From NCBI RefSeq assembly GCF_006345805.1, contig NC_042997.1, positions 131,130,001 through 131,194,000 of the forward strand: 64,000 bases of DNA, given 5' to 3'. The notes beneath the pieces are model-generated. The model was given only the letters and a program-made list of their open reading frames with translations. It was not told where the DNA came from and did not search any database. Numbering within the stretch: position 1 is the first letter of the stretch; every line of letters starts with the position of its first letter. A program made the translations under genes and the position numbers. The DNA comes from Octopus sinensis. Lineage: Eukaryota. Below, piece by piece: positions 48,101-59,431 of the stretch.

Positions 48101-48548
48101 ATATATTAGTTATATAAAGTGGCATTGGGTGCTCAAAGTGAATGGAACCCATTTTCTTTGCTCTACACTTGTGGATGTCAAATCCAACTTGAGAGCACAA
48201 TATGTCTTTTGTTGGGGGTTTCCATAGCTACAGTCTTGGACAAGCTGCATGGTTTGCCAGCCCCACCAAACAGGATGTTTTTACGAGATACCACTTGTGT
48301 GAATGGAGATACCATTTGGTTCGCAATGAAGTCATCCATCATTTCACAGGTCTTGCTTTTAGTGCTACAGAGTGTTCCAAAACCCTAATGGAACTCATAG
48401 AATAAGAAAACATGTAGGAAGAGATGGAACAAAGTTGTAAAGACTGAGCTGAAGATACTCTGAACATCACAGACAAAGGACTGTGATGAGAGGAGGTATG
48501 TGGTGCTAGAGAAAAACTGCCTACCCATGCAACAATTACAAAATGGAT

Positions 48549-48749
48549 TACTCTTTTACTTGTTTCAGTCATTTGACTGTGGCCATGCTGGAGCACCGCC
48601 TTTAGTTGAGCAAATTGACTCCAGGACTTATTCTTTGGAAGCTTAGTACTTATTCTTTCAGTCTCTTTTGCTGAACTACTAAGTTACGGGGACGTAAACA
48701 CACCAGCATCGGTTGTCAAGCGATGGTGGGGGTGTCAAACACAGACACA

Positions 48750-48809
<60 letters not shown>

Positions 48810-48972
48810 ACAGGCTTCTTTCAGTTTCTGTCTACCAAATCCACTCATAAGGCTTTGGTCGGACTGAGGCTATAGTAGAAGATACTTGCCCAAGGTGCCA
48901 CACAGTGGGACTGAACCTGGAACCATGCGGTTGGTAAGCAAGCTGCTTACCACACAGCCACTCCAACACCTA
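48549..48972 (-). mobile_element. SINE family B, full length, internal (CA)n
   Basis: Reverse complement of the family B consensus. Confidence 0.9.
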
Positions 48973-49407
48973 TGACAGTGATAGAAACTGAGATATCTAA
49001 AATAATATATCTACCTGTGGGTCCTTTGCCATTTATAGCCATGTTAAATTTCCATCCACTCCCCTTCCTTCTTTGATACCCTCTTCTCTCATATACCTAT
49101 CTCTTATTCACTGTACCTTGCTGCCTGAGTAACAAGAGATGCCATTCTAGATCTGTCCTTATTCACTTGTGATGGTGCATGGCCCAGAGGTTAGGCTGTT
49201 GCATTTATGACAGCAAGATTATGGTATCAAATTCGAGACTGGGCAGTGCACTGTGCTCTTGAACCAAACACTTCATTTCAAGTAACCCTAGTCTACTCAG
49301 TTGTTAATGTGTTCATAGCAATGTTGTGATCTTAGTTACTTGTGTGCCATGGGAACTGGGTAACCAATCCTAGGATCCAAGACAATACTTACTTTATTTA
49401 GTAAGTA

Positions 49408-49760
49408 TTATCACTGTCTCTCTTACTTTACTTCCACCCCTATCATCTTGTTCCCTCTGTCTAACCAAATGTTTCTAAAAAGGAAAGGAACATGGATACC
49501 TTGGAACTTTTGTGGATTGATAAAGGGCAAACAGATTGCCATGATCAATAAATTTAAGGTGGTTCTAAACTTTTCAAAGATATCCAATGCTTATGGTGGG
49601 CTGTGTGGTAAGTAGCTTGCTTACCAACCACGTGGTCATGGGTTCAGTCCCACTGCATGGCACCTTGGGCAAGTGTCTTCCACTATAGACTTGGGCTGAC
49701 CAAAGCCTTGTGAGTGGATTTGGTAGACAGAGACTGGAAGAAGCCCATTGTATATATCTA
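49408..49760 (+). repeat. Left arm of a local inverted duplication
   Basis: Aligns by eye to the reverse complement of 51585-51935, including a unique-DNA/SINE B junction. Confidence 0.8.
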
Positions 49761-49981
49761 TGTATATATATATATATTAGTAGCCATGGCTATCATCCTT
49801 TTTTTACTGCTATTGTCATTCCTTTTTCCCTACGTGACCCATTATTGACAGTATAAGTAAGTTGCTTCCTTTCACTCACGAATCACTTTACACAGTCTAT
49901 TTTTGGTGTGTTTCCAACATCAGGGAGATTGTCTTGTTTCTCATGAGATTAAATAATCCTATCTACTCCATGTTATCTCTG

Positions 49982-50760
49982 TTTAACCTTTGGTGGAATA
50001 TTTTAATTCAAAGCTTATGAAAACAAGACATTTTACCACAGAGCCAGAGCCAGTTTTGGCCGGGTTAGTAACAATAGGGTTAACCTTTGGTGGAATATTT
50101 TAATTCAAAGCTTATGAAAACAAGACATTTTACCACAGAGCCAGAGCCAGTTTTGGCTGAGTTAGTAACAAAAGGGTTAACCTTTGGTGGAATATTTTAA
50201 TTCAAAGCTTATGAAAACAAGACATTTTACCACAGAGCCAGAGCCAGTTTTGGCTGAGTTAGTAACAAAAGGGTTAACTTTTGGTGGAATATTTTAATTC
50301 AAAGCTTATGAAAACAAGACATTTTACCACAGAGCCAGAGCCAGTTTTGGCTGAGTTAGTAACAAAAGGGTTAACCTTTGGTGGAATATTTTAATTCAAA
50401 GCTTATGAAAACAAGACATTTTACCACAGAGCCAGAGCCAGTTTTGGCCGGGTTAGTAACAAAAGGGTTAACCTTTGGTGGAATATTTTAATTCAAAGCT
50501 TATGAAAACAAGACATTTTACCACAGAGCCAGAGCCAGTTTTGGCCGGGTTAGTAACAAAAGGGTTAACCTTTGGTGGAATATTTTAATTCAAAGCTTAT
50601 GAAAACAGACATTTTACCACAGAGCCAGAGCCAGTTTTGGCCGGTTAGTAACAAAAGGGTTAACCTTTGGTGGAATATTTTAATTCAAAGCTTATGAAAA
50701 CAAGACATTTTACCACAGAGCCAGACCCGGTTTTGGCCGGGTTAGTAACAAAAGGGTTAA
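49982..50760. repeat. Tandem array, 8 x 97 bp, TTAA-delimited piggyBac end units
   Basis: TAACC at 49984, 50081, 50178 ... 50661; each unit ends GTAACAAAAGGG|TTAA. Confidence 0.92.
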
Positions 50761-50918
50761 TCATAACAGACATGAAAGAGAGAATGAATCCTGGAAAGGG
50801 TATGAATATGAGTGCTTTGGATTAGACCAGTGAATCTCAATTGATGAAATATCTGGTTTCCTTTCTTGAAATTATTTGCCGAAATTTTTACCCACTACCA
50901 CTACCACTTCATTATTTA

Positions 50919-51310
50919 CTAACAGCATAGCCCGGTGTTGCTCGGGCTTGTTTTCTTTTCGACCCATTAGAATAGGAATTTTTGAAAAGTAAAAATTTTG
51001 CATTATGTAGCTTGTTATTCTCTCTAAGTGAACATTTTTCTGGTTGAAATACACTGAAAAATGGCGACACAGCAGTAAAAAAATCGTAAAAATAGAGATT
51101 TTCATAGAAAAAAAGCACTTTTTTGGTGTAAATAATTTTTTATGTTAACATGGTCTGATTTGAATTTCTTTTACGGAATGAAGAGCAAGCCTTCTTCTAT
51201 CAAACTCTCAATTTTGGTCAACTTGCGCCGCAGGGTCTCGCAGGAGATAGTGTTAGTTGAAAGCTACCAAACCTGCCATACACAGACAACTTCAGCTTTA
51301 TATATAAAGA
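50919..51310 (-). mobile_element. Non-autonomous Helitron-like element (same family as 27782)
   Basis: A|TCTTTATATATAAAG 5' end, GCCCG-AGCAACAC-CGGGC hairpin (50930-50947), TTAG|T 3' end. Confidence 0.8.
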
Positions 51311-51349
51311 TTAAAAGGTGTAAATGATGTACAATCCATATCTTTTTAT

Positions 51350-51745
51350 CTTTTTCTTTTCACTTGTTTCAGTTATTTGATTGCGGCCATGCTGGAGCAC
51401 CGCCTTTAGTTGAGCAAATCGACCCCAGAGCTTATTCTGTGTAAGCCTAGTACTTATTCTATTGGTCACTTTTGCCGAACCACTAAGTTACGGGGACGTA
51501 AACACATCAGCATCGGTTGTCAAGCGATGTTGGGAGGACAAATACGGACATACAAACATATACACACACATATATATATACATACATAGATATGACTGGC
51601 TTCTTCCAGTTTCCATCAACCAAATCCACTCACAAGGCTTTGGTCGGGCCGAGGCTATAGTAGAAGACACTTGCCCAAGGTGCTACGTAGTGGGGCTGAA
51701 CCCATGACCATGTGGCTGGTAAGCAAGCTACTTATCACACAGCCC
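51350..51745 (-). mobile_element. SINE family B, head-truncated
   Basis: Reverse complement of the consensus; its 5' part belongs to the right arm of the inverted duplication. Confidence 0.88.
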
Positions 51746-52494
51746 ACCATAAGCTTTGAATATCTTTGAGAAGTTTAGAACCATCTTAAATTCATTGATT
51801 TTGGCAATTTGTTTGCCCTTTTTCAATCTACAAAAGCTCCAAGGTGTCCATGTTCCTTTCCTTTTTAGAAACATTTGGTTAGACAGAGGGAACAGGGTGA
51901 TAGGGGTGGAAGTAAAGTAAGAGAGACAGTGATAAGCAGAATCGTGTTGCTGGAGAGGCAGAGCCATACACGTGAAGTGGTGAAATATAAGTTAGCAATG
52001 AATAGAATGAATTAGTTCAACAACTATTGACCAGGAAGTAGCTAATGTGAAAAAGAGAGAGAATGAAGGCTTTTAACAAAATACTGCAAGGCACTGTATT
52101 TGATATTGCTAATCTACTGCTGGAATGTGGCCATGCTGAAGTATTGCCTTGATGACTTACTTGAACAAATTGATCCCAGTATTTAAAAATTTTGTACTTA
52201 TTATCTCTCTCTTCTCTCTCTCTTTCTCCTCTCCATTTCTCTCCTTCCTCTTCTCCCTTTCTCTCCTTCCTCTTCTCTCTTTCTCTCTCCTCCCTCCCTC
52301 CCTCCTGCTGAGGTAGCCATGTATCACATTTACTGGAAGGTACCCATGTCTGTCTCTCTAATTTGTATTCTAACCTCTTATCACTTGACACAAAACAACA
52401 CTCCACTCAGTTTTGAAATCTTGCCTAGGCTATTCAGTGACTTCACTGTTGCTGGTACCACATAAAAATCACCCAGTGCACTTGGTAAAGTGTT

Positions 52495-52912
52495 TTATTT
52501 CTTTATTGTCCACAAGGGGCTACACACAGAGGGGATAAACAAGGACTGGCAAACGGATTAAGTCGATTACATCGACCACAGTGCATAACTGGTACTTAAT
52601 TTATCGACCCCGAAAGGATGAAAGGCAAAGTCGACCTTGGCGGAATTTGAACTCAGAATGTAGCGGCAGACGAAATACCTATTTCTTTACTACCCACAAG
52701 GAGCTAAACACAAAGAGGACTAACAAGGATAGACAAACGGATTAAGTCGATTATATCGACTCCAGTGCGTAACTGGTACTTATTTAATCGACCCCGAAAG
52801 GATGAAAGGCAAAGTCCACCTCGGCGGAATTTGAACTCAGAACGTAGTGGCAGACGAAATACCGCTAAGCATTTCTCCCAGCGTGCTAACGATTCTGCCA
52901 GCTTGCCGCCTT
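52495..52912 (-). mobile_element. SINE family A dimer
   Basis: Junction GAAATA|GGTATTTCGTCTGCC on the minus strand near 52680. Confidence 0.88.
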
Positions 52913-53664
52913 CACTTGGTATAGTGTCTGGCATTAATAAGGACCTTTAGCTGTAGAAACCAGGCCAAAGCAGCCAGCAGAACTTTGTACAGTCTTTTGA
53001 TGTACCAGCTCCTGTCAAACCGTCCAACCAGCATGGGAAGCGGACGTTAAACGATGATGATGATGATATATTCATGTGACACTGCATGAATCAGTCCCAC
53101 ATTTACTTCATATACGCTGTAAGGAAGTACTGTTTATGTATGAACATTTTCAGTGCCTTGAATACTGGTTAGAGCAGAGGAAAGCAGCTGTTGACCCAAT
53201 CCAGATGTGAACAATAGAGTGTAATACCATCGAAACACCAAATTATTGGGTAACGGATTAATTCCACTACTCAAGAATAGGAACAATTTCTCCATAAACT
53301 TCAACCCAATTTCCGTCTCTGAAATTTCACAAACAAACATTTGGTAAGCCCGAGGCTATAATAAAAAAGACACTTGTTTCGTTGCGCTTTAGGATTGAAC
53401 CCCAAACTACTTAGAAGTGAACTTCTAACTCACAGCCATACCAAAACCGTCATCACTATCATGAAAACATTGTAGCGATCCGTTACCATGTAAGAAGTTT
53501 GTATTAACGTATAATGTACAATGCCTTATAAGTTATAGGTAATCATGTTGACCAGTTCTTCTCAAACTATCTGATGTGGCGTACCGGCAGTTTTTTTTTT
53601 CCAATGTGCCGGGATCGGTAATATTTCTTAGTAATATTAATTTATACCAGGAACAATATGTATA

Positions 53665-53908
53665 ATTTCGGCGTGGAAGGTCTTTTATAAGTCATTTAAG
53701 AAACACACAAAAACCGTTTCAATCAACAGGTCGCGGTCTCAAAGTGACGAAAATATTTTGACAAATTAAATTTAAATGTTGAAGAGGATCTAATGGTTTT
53801 TGTGTGTTTCTTAAATGGCTTATAAACACCTTCCACGCTGAAATTGTTTTCGTTCCGGCACACGATCTCAGATCAGGTCACTTGCTATGCATGTACATCT
53901 CCGTATAA
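53665..53908 (+). mobile_element. Second copy of the 12037 family with a truncated inverted arm
   Basis: AACAGGTCGCGGTCTCAAAGTGACGAAAATATTTTGACAAA at 53725-53765; tail ends CATCTCCGTATAAT. Confidence 0.85.
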
Positions 53909-54814
53909 TGAATATAATAAAAGTTGACAATTTTTTAAATCTTATATTTATTTTGTAAACAAATAATACAATATTACATAAGCTGATAATTTGCTTACTG
54001 CAGTGCATAAGGCGAAATAACTGAAATTATGGTATTGTTTCTTTCTTTTCTGGAAACTCGCCGCGTACCGACAGCTGATGGCTCGCGGACCATAACTTTG
54101 AGTAGCACTGATGTAGACCTCAACACTTGATTGGTAGTTGTTTTATATATGCCGAAGGATTAAAGTCAATACTATCGGGATGCGGACACACAGAACATAA
54201 AGAGATAGAAAAGGAAATAAAAAAGCGTTTATATTTTTCGGTAGTGAACCTGAGCACTATATACATTAAGTTAATGCTTTCAAGGGAGATAACATTGATT
54301 AAAAATCTGTATACTTATCTCCCTTGCATTAGAAATAATTCAAGGGAAACCATTTATTGTCTTTTTAAAAGTAGCTATCAACTGTTGCAACAAAAAAAAA
54401 TTTGCTATTCTTTGTTTAACTCCCGGTCAATTCTGATCGATCTAGCAGACCTACGGGGGAAAACATTCCACTCAGTCTTTTTGTATCTATGTCTAGGACT
54501 AGATTAGGTAAACTTTTACAATTCCACCCGGAAGGTGAAATTAATGTTTTTTTCCGATTCTTCTGTTTGGTATGTTTTGAACGAATCAGATTATCAAAAC
54601 CGTCGGAAATCACCCCCGCCCCAATCGTTCTTTAGGTAAATTCCTACCTGCAGGTGATACGGGTGTATTGGTTAGAATTTACCTAACTATTATCCAATGT
54701 TTCAATGTTTCTATTTTGTAAAAGTTAAGATGGTAGGGTGTGATTTAAGGGAGATTTTGTTGTTATTTTTAGTAGGACGATCGACCATGCAGGTGCAGGC
54801 TTGTAATCAACACA

Positions 54815-54862
<48 letters not shown>

Positions 54863-55195
54863 TATGTATGTATGTATGTATGTATATAATTACTCATTTA
54901 ATTTCTTCCTTTGAGGAAGGAGCTTGTTTCTAATAAAGATTGAAAGCTCCATCTTCGGAACGTAGATAACGGAAACAATGTCACATTTTAAAACCGAGAA
55001 AATTCTTCCATAGTTTTACTGTTCTGCTTACAGAATTTTATTGACTTCACAGTGTTTACCGTTTTATAAACTCAAACTAGAAAATCGGACAAAACAGAGA
55101 ACACGATTGAAAAAATTAAAGAAAAAAAAAGAGAAAGAAGAAAGAGAAAAAAAAATCACCACCTTCTGTTGAAAAGTTTGAGGCGCTGGGAAACC

Positions 55196-57130
55196 TTTCT
55201 AATGGCTATTGAGACACGCCAGCACGCTTGCAGCGTTGCGGCGGGTGATGGCGAGGCTGATGCGCTGGAACAGCCAAGCGCCCTCACGAGCCTCACCAGT
55301 TACCTCTGCAAAGCGAGTTGCCAGTGAAGAAAGGAATCTCGAAGTTAGTGGTCCGACCCCACCAAACTTCTCAAACGCCACAGGATGGAAAATGTAGTTG
55401 GCCGACAGATCGCGGTATTTCAGGATTTTGTTCCGCTCGGTCGCAGAGCTGTGTATCTCGCCCTGACCGCAGCATCCAGAATGTGAGAAGAAGCAAAGGA
55501 GTCGCTAACTGTGACATCCCAGACAAGGTATCTGCCTTGCGACCAGGGGCACAGGGTGAGGCCGTCAGGTCTCTTCCCATCACATCTGGACAGTCCAGAT
55601 GGTTCCAAGATAGAGGGGATGTTTGCCCGGGCCAAGCTCCTCTTGAGTACCAGGTTCAACTCCGTATGACGCGCGAAGCGATCAACATTCTGGCGACAAG
55701 AAAGGACATAGAGGTCTGTGGAGTCGAAGAGTCTGCCACAACGACAGATTAAACCTGTGCATACGTCAGCTCCCACTCTAAGGGCAATGGAGACACGAAG
55801 TTCGTCCAAACTGAGTAGGCCGCCAACATTAGCCTCAGGCATGGCGTCAATCCAGTCATCTGAGTATTTGGCGCTAGCAGACAGTAAGAGGCATCTTGAA
55901 AACTGGTCCGACTGGATGAAGAGGGAGTCGAAGGTGCCCTTCGAATTTATGTTGTCCCAAGCTCTCTGACTCCGACAGTACTCCACCTTCTCAGGAGCAG
56001 ACAAGTCCAATTCCTTCCAGTATTGGAAAGCTTCAACCAACACCCTGTTGGAACTGGTCTGTGTTGGGGAGGAGAGGATGTTGTTCACTAGGGTGGAACA
56101 GGCGTGGGTGGAGGAAAAGAAGCAGGGGAGAGAGAGGGACGAACACTTACGAAGACCAAGACCTCCAAATCGCTTGGGCATTGCAGCCTGATCGCGGGGC
56201 GTTGGAGAGAATCTAACTAGGTTGTCAAAGCGTTGGAGGTACGATGGGAATCGGTAGGATGAGCTGACTCTGAATAAATATAGAAGCTTAAGGATCGAGA
56301 GGTAACTCCTAACGAATGAAGAAACCTTGATGGGGTTCGATAGCTTCAATATTTTTCAGCAATTGTTCAAGGGCAGCCACCTTCGACTGGAAGATGAACT
56401 CAAAGGCAAGGTCAGTGATTAGGGCACCTAGAGAGCACCAAGCCGATGGCGCGGGGGACTGCAATGGAAGGGAAGTACTCTGTAAAAAGGTCAATAGTTG
56501 GTTGATGTTGAGAAGCCAGGTGGTTGAGGATCCAGAGCTCACATTTGGAGCTGTTTACTTGGAGACCCCGGTGAACAAGCTCCCCAACCATCATGTTAGC
56601 AATGGCGAGAACCCTGTCCGGAGCTCCCCCCACACAAGCATCGTCGAGATACTAGACGTTGAGGTCTAGCTCGACGCCCATCTTGGTGATTTCATCAGTA
56701 CCCAGTGCGAACAGAGCGGGTCCTATTGGACTCCTGAGGCGGAGGTGATGATTTGTTCACCGAAAGAGAGATAGGAGGGCTCCTGATGAGCCTGCCATGC
56801 AAGGCAGTAGAGCTGTGGACAGCATTGTGGCTGGTGGAGTTGAAGGCAGTCTTAAGGTCAAGCTTGAGGATGACCTTGGTGAACAAGGAGGGCAAGTTGG
56901 CATAGGCTCTAGTAGCGTGGGCAGCAGCTTCACATCCTAGTTTGGTGCCAATCCTAGCTGGGTGGGGGAAAATCCCTCCTCTAATAAGCTAGAGGCCGAT
57001 TGTAAGCACACCTTTGCAGTGAGACGGCGAAGGGTGCAGCCGACTGCAATGGGGCGCAGGTCTCTAATTGGGTTTGGTGAACCCGAATGATTTTGTACCG
57101 AAGAATAGTGAGCGAATATAAGGGAAGACG
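55196..57130 (-). mobile_element. CRE-like non-LTR retrotransposon (RT plus restriction-like endonuclease), 5'-truncated, degenerate
   Basis: DLRPIAVGCTLRRLTAKV, KLDLKTAFNS, YLDD, RFGGLGL, CRCG...RH, GKRPDGLTLCPWSQGRYLVWDVTV, QRISLAITRRNAASV; frameshifts and stops. Confidence 0.85.
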
Positions 57131-57531
57131 TTATACTGTATTTGCAATGTGCGAATCAGTTGGTTGACTTTCACACACGCTCGCCTGCACACACACACAC
57201 AGTGTGAGGAAGTGGGAAAGCAACTTGGATCTCTTCATATTAATGAGGTTGATGTAGTTGATTTCAACAGGTTGCCGCTTTAGAGAATAAAGGAGACATG
57301 TATGCAGACAGACAGACATATAGACAGACATATAGACAGATAGATAGATATATAGATAGATAGATAGATAGAGATAGAGAGAGAATAGAGGGGCGTCCGA
57401 CAGTCAGTGAACGCGATTGAAATCGCATTAAGTTAAAATCGTCATTTGCGTATCGTATTAAATGTATATACATCGATGAGATCTATATATGATGTTGTTC
57501 ATGCACATCCGTCAGTAAATATAAAATATTG

Positions 57532-57565
<34 letters not shown>

Positions 57566-57812
57566 CGTCGTGTATATATATATTATATATATATATATAT
57601 ATATGTGTGTGTTGTGTGTGTGTGTGGTGTGTGTGTGTGTGTTTATATATGTATATACGGGTGTGTGTGATTGTGTATAGAAGAATATATTGATAAAAGG
57701 AATTCAAACCGTGTCTGATTTTCACGTTTTATTTACAATCTTATAATGATATAATATAATATAATATAATAAAATAAAATAAAATAATAGAATGTTAAAT
57801 GTTCATTCTGAT

Positions 57813-57853
57813 TGAACTAGTACTTTCATGCATTTCTGCAATCTTCAGGTTCA
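57813..57853 (-). ncRNA. Minimal type I hammerhead ribozyme of the PLE
   Basis: UGAAC-CUGAAGA-U(UGCA-GAAA-UGCA)U-GAAA-GUAC-UA-GUUCA: intact core, AGUACU palindrome, CUA site. Confidence 0.85.
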
Positions 57854-57916
57854 TGAAGTAGTGGTGACAGTCATGCTTCACAATTTTTGACTGTAGCGAG
57901 ATGATTGAATCTGTGC

Positions 57917-58030
57917 TTTAAATACAGCTGTGTAGGCTCCAGATTGCCAGGTTTTGCAAACTGTATTCTGACCAATCAGTGTGTAGTATCACTCAATTAC
58001 TTAAGCTGATTGGTTGGTTGAGCTGATTGG
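57917..58030 (-). promoter_or_regulatory. Putative PLE terminal-repeat promoter (3 CCAAT boxes plus TATTTAAA)
   Basis: CCAAT/ATTGG at 57972, 58009 and 58026; TATTTAAA on the minus strand at 57917-57924, about 65 nt upstream of the HHR. Confidence 0.5.
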
Positions 58031-58273
58031 TTTAGGCGTCACGCTTTGTTGGACATGTCAAGAGTCCTGTATCTTAACCCTGGCCGAGGCAGCAATTGTT
58101 GGGCTACTTTTAGAAATGTTGTAAATAGCCTTTGTCAGAGATGTTTATATTTTTATATTTCAATTATCATCATCATTGTCAGCACCTTAATTATTGTTGC
58201 TAGTGGTGATGGTGGTGGCAATAGAATTTTTAACCCTAAATAAGATAATTTTCCTGCTATCTAAGTATTATTA

Positions 58274-59385
58274 TTATTGCTTATTTAGCTTGGGTTCGAA
58301 TTTATCAATAAAATTATTTTCTCTGATTTTCCTCTCGATTTCACTTGGGCTGTGTAATTTGTAGAATGGAAATATTATATATATTTTCCGACCACATGTT
58401 GCTAGGTGGTTACTTAAAGGTATCTGACGGACCTCTGGGTCTCTGATCTGTTGTCGGTGTACACGTGAGCGTTCTGATAGTGCATTTCCCGTCTGACCTA
58501 CATATATTTCTTCACAATTTGGGCATTTGATGCAGTAAATTAAATTTCTGCTTTTGCAGTTCATATTCGCGTTTGTGAATATTTTCCCGGTTTTTGTGTT
58601 TATATATTGGCAGGTATGTATGAATAGGCATGTGCCACATCGACTATCATTGCATTTAGATACAGTGAATGTTTGGTCTTTGTTGCTAAGGTCAAATTTT
58701 GCCTTTGTTAGTAATTTTTTCACGTTTTTAGGCTGTCTTTTACTAAGAACCATAGCTCGATCCGTGATTATGTCTTTTAATTCATTACTTTGGGCAATGA
58801 TTGGTAGGTTTGCTTTGGCAATGTTGAAGATATTCTGGTGACATGGGTTGTGTGCCACTATGAATGGTATGACTTGTTCTTGTTTTCCTCTTCCTTGGGT
58901 TGTCCTAAGTTGTTGTATGGGTATTTTTATAGCCCGCTGTATGCCATTTTCTATAAGTAGAGATGGGTATTTTGTTTGAGCAAAAATTCTCTTAGTTCTG
59001 TTAGGCGTTTGCTCCTGATATTTGCATCTTCTATAATGGTACAAATTCTTCTGGCTAGGCAGTATGGGATGTTGCGTTTTGTATGTGGTGGATGACATGA
59101 CTTAAAATTTAGGTATTGATGTGTGTCTGTGTTTATAGTATATATCTGTGGTGATGGTGGTGTCTTTTTTAATTAACATTATATCTAGGAATTGTAATTT
59201 GGTACTACTCATCTCCTTTGTAAATTGGAGAGATGGGTGTAGGTTGTTCAGGAGGATATTGAACTCTTCCAGAGTATTTAGAGATTCTGTCCAGATTATG
59301 AAGCAGTCGTCAAGGTATCTCTTCCATGCCTTTTCAATATACTTTCTAAATCCAGTGCCATAGTGTACCTCCACCTCTTGGTAGA

Positions 59386-59388
<3 letters not shown>
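58274..59388 (-). pseudogene. PLE RT C-terminus plus GIY-YIG endonuclease (at least two frameshifts)
   Basis: WKRYLDDCFIIW...FLD...YLNFKSCHPPHTKRNIPYCLARRIC...CNDSRCGTC...NLIYCIKCPNCEEIYVGQT...RENNFIDKFEPKLN; shifts near 59135 and 58971. Confidence 0.93.

Positions 59389-59431
<43 letters not shown>

Larger units (their letters stand above)
57680..59390 (-). mobile_element. Penelope-like element, 5'-truncated, with 3' terminal repeat region
   Basis: RT remnant, GIY-YIG domain, downstream promoter-like motifs and HHR; the 5' break abuts (TA)n and a TA/TG tract lies just beyond the 3' end. Confidence 0.92.

Noticed and set aside
53134-53345. 68-aa minus-strand ORF and a + strand GTAAGC donor
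   Set aside because: No consistent splice pair; the donor comes from a degenerate SINE B head.
57490-57525. Minus-strand CTGACGG-ATGTGCAT-GAAC between TA tracts
   Set aside because: Two core positions deviate and no stem I or III is evident; at best an unrecoverable relic.
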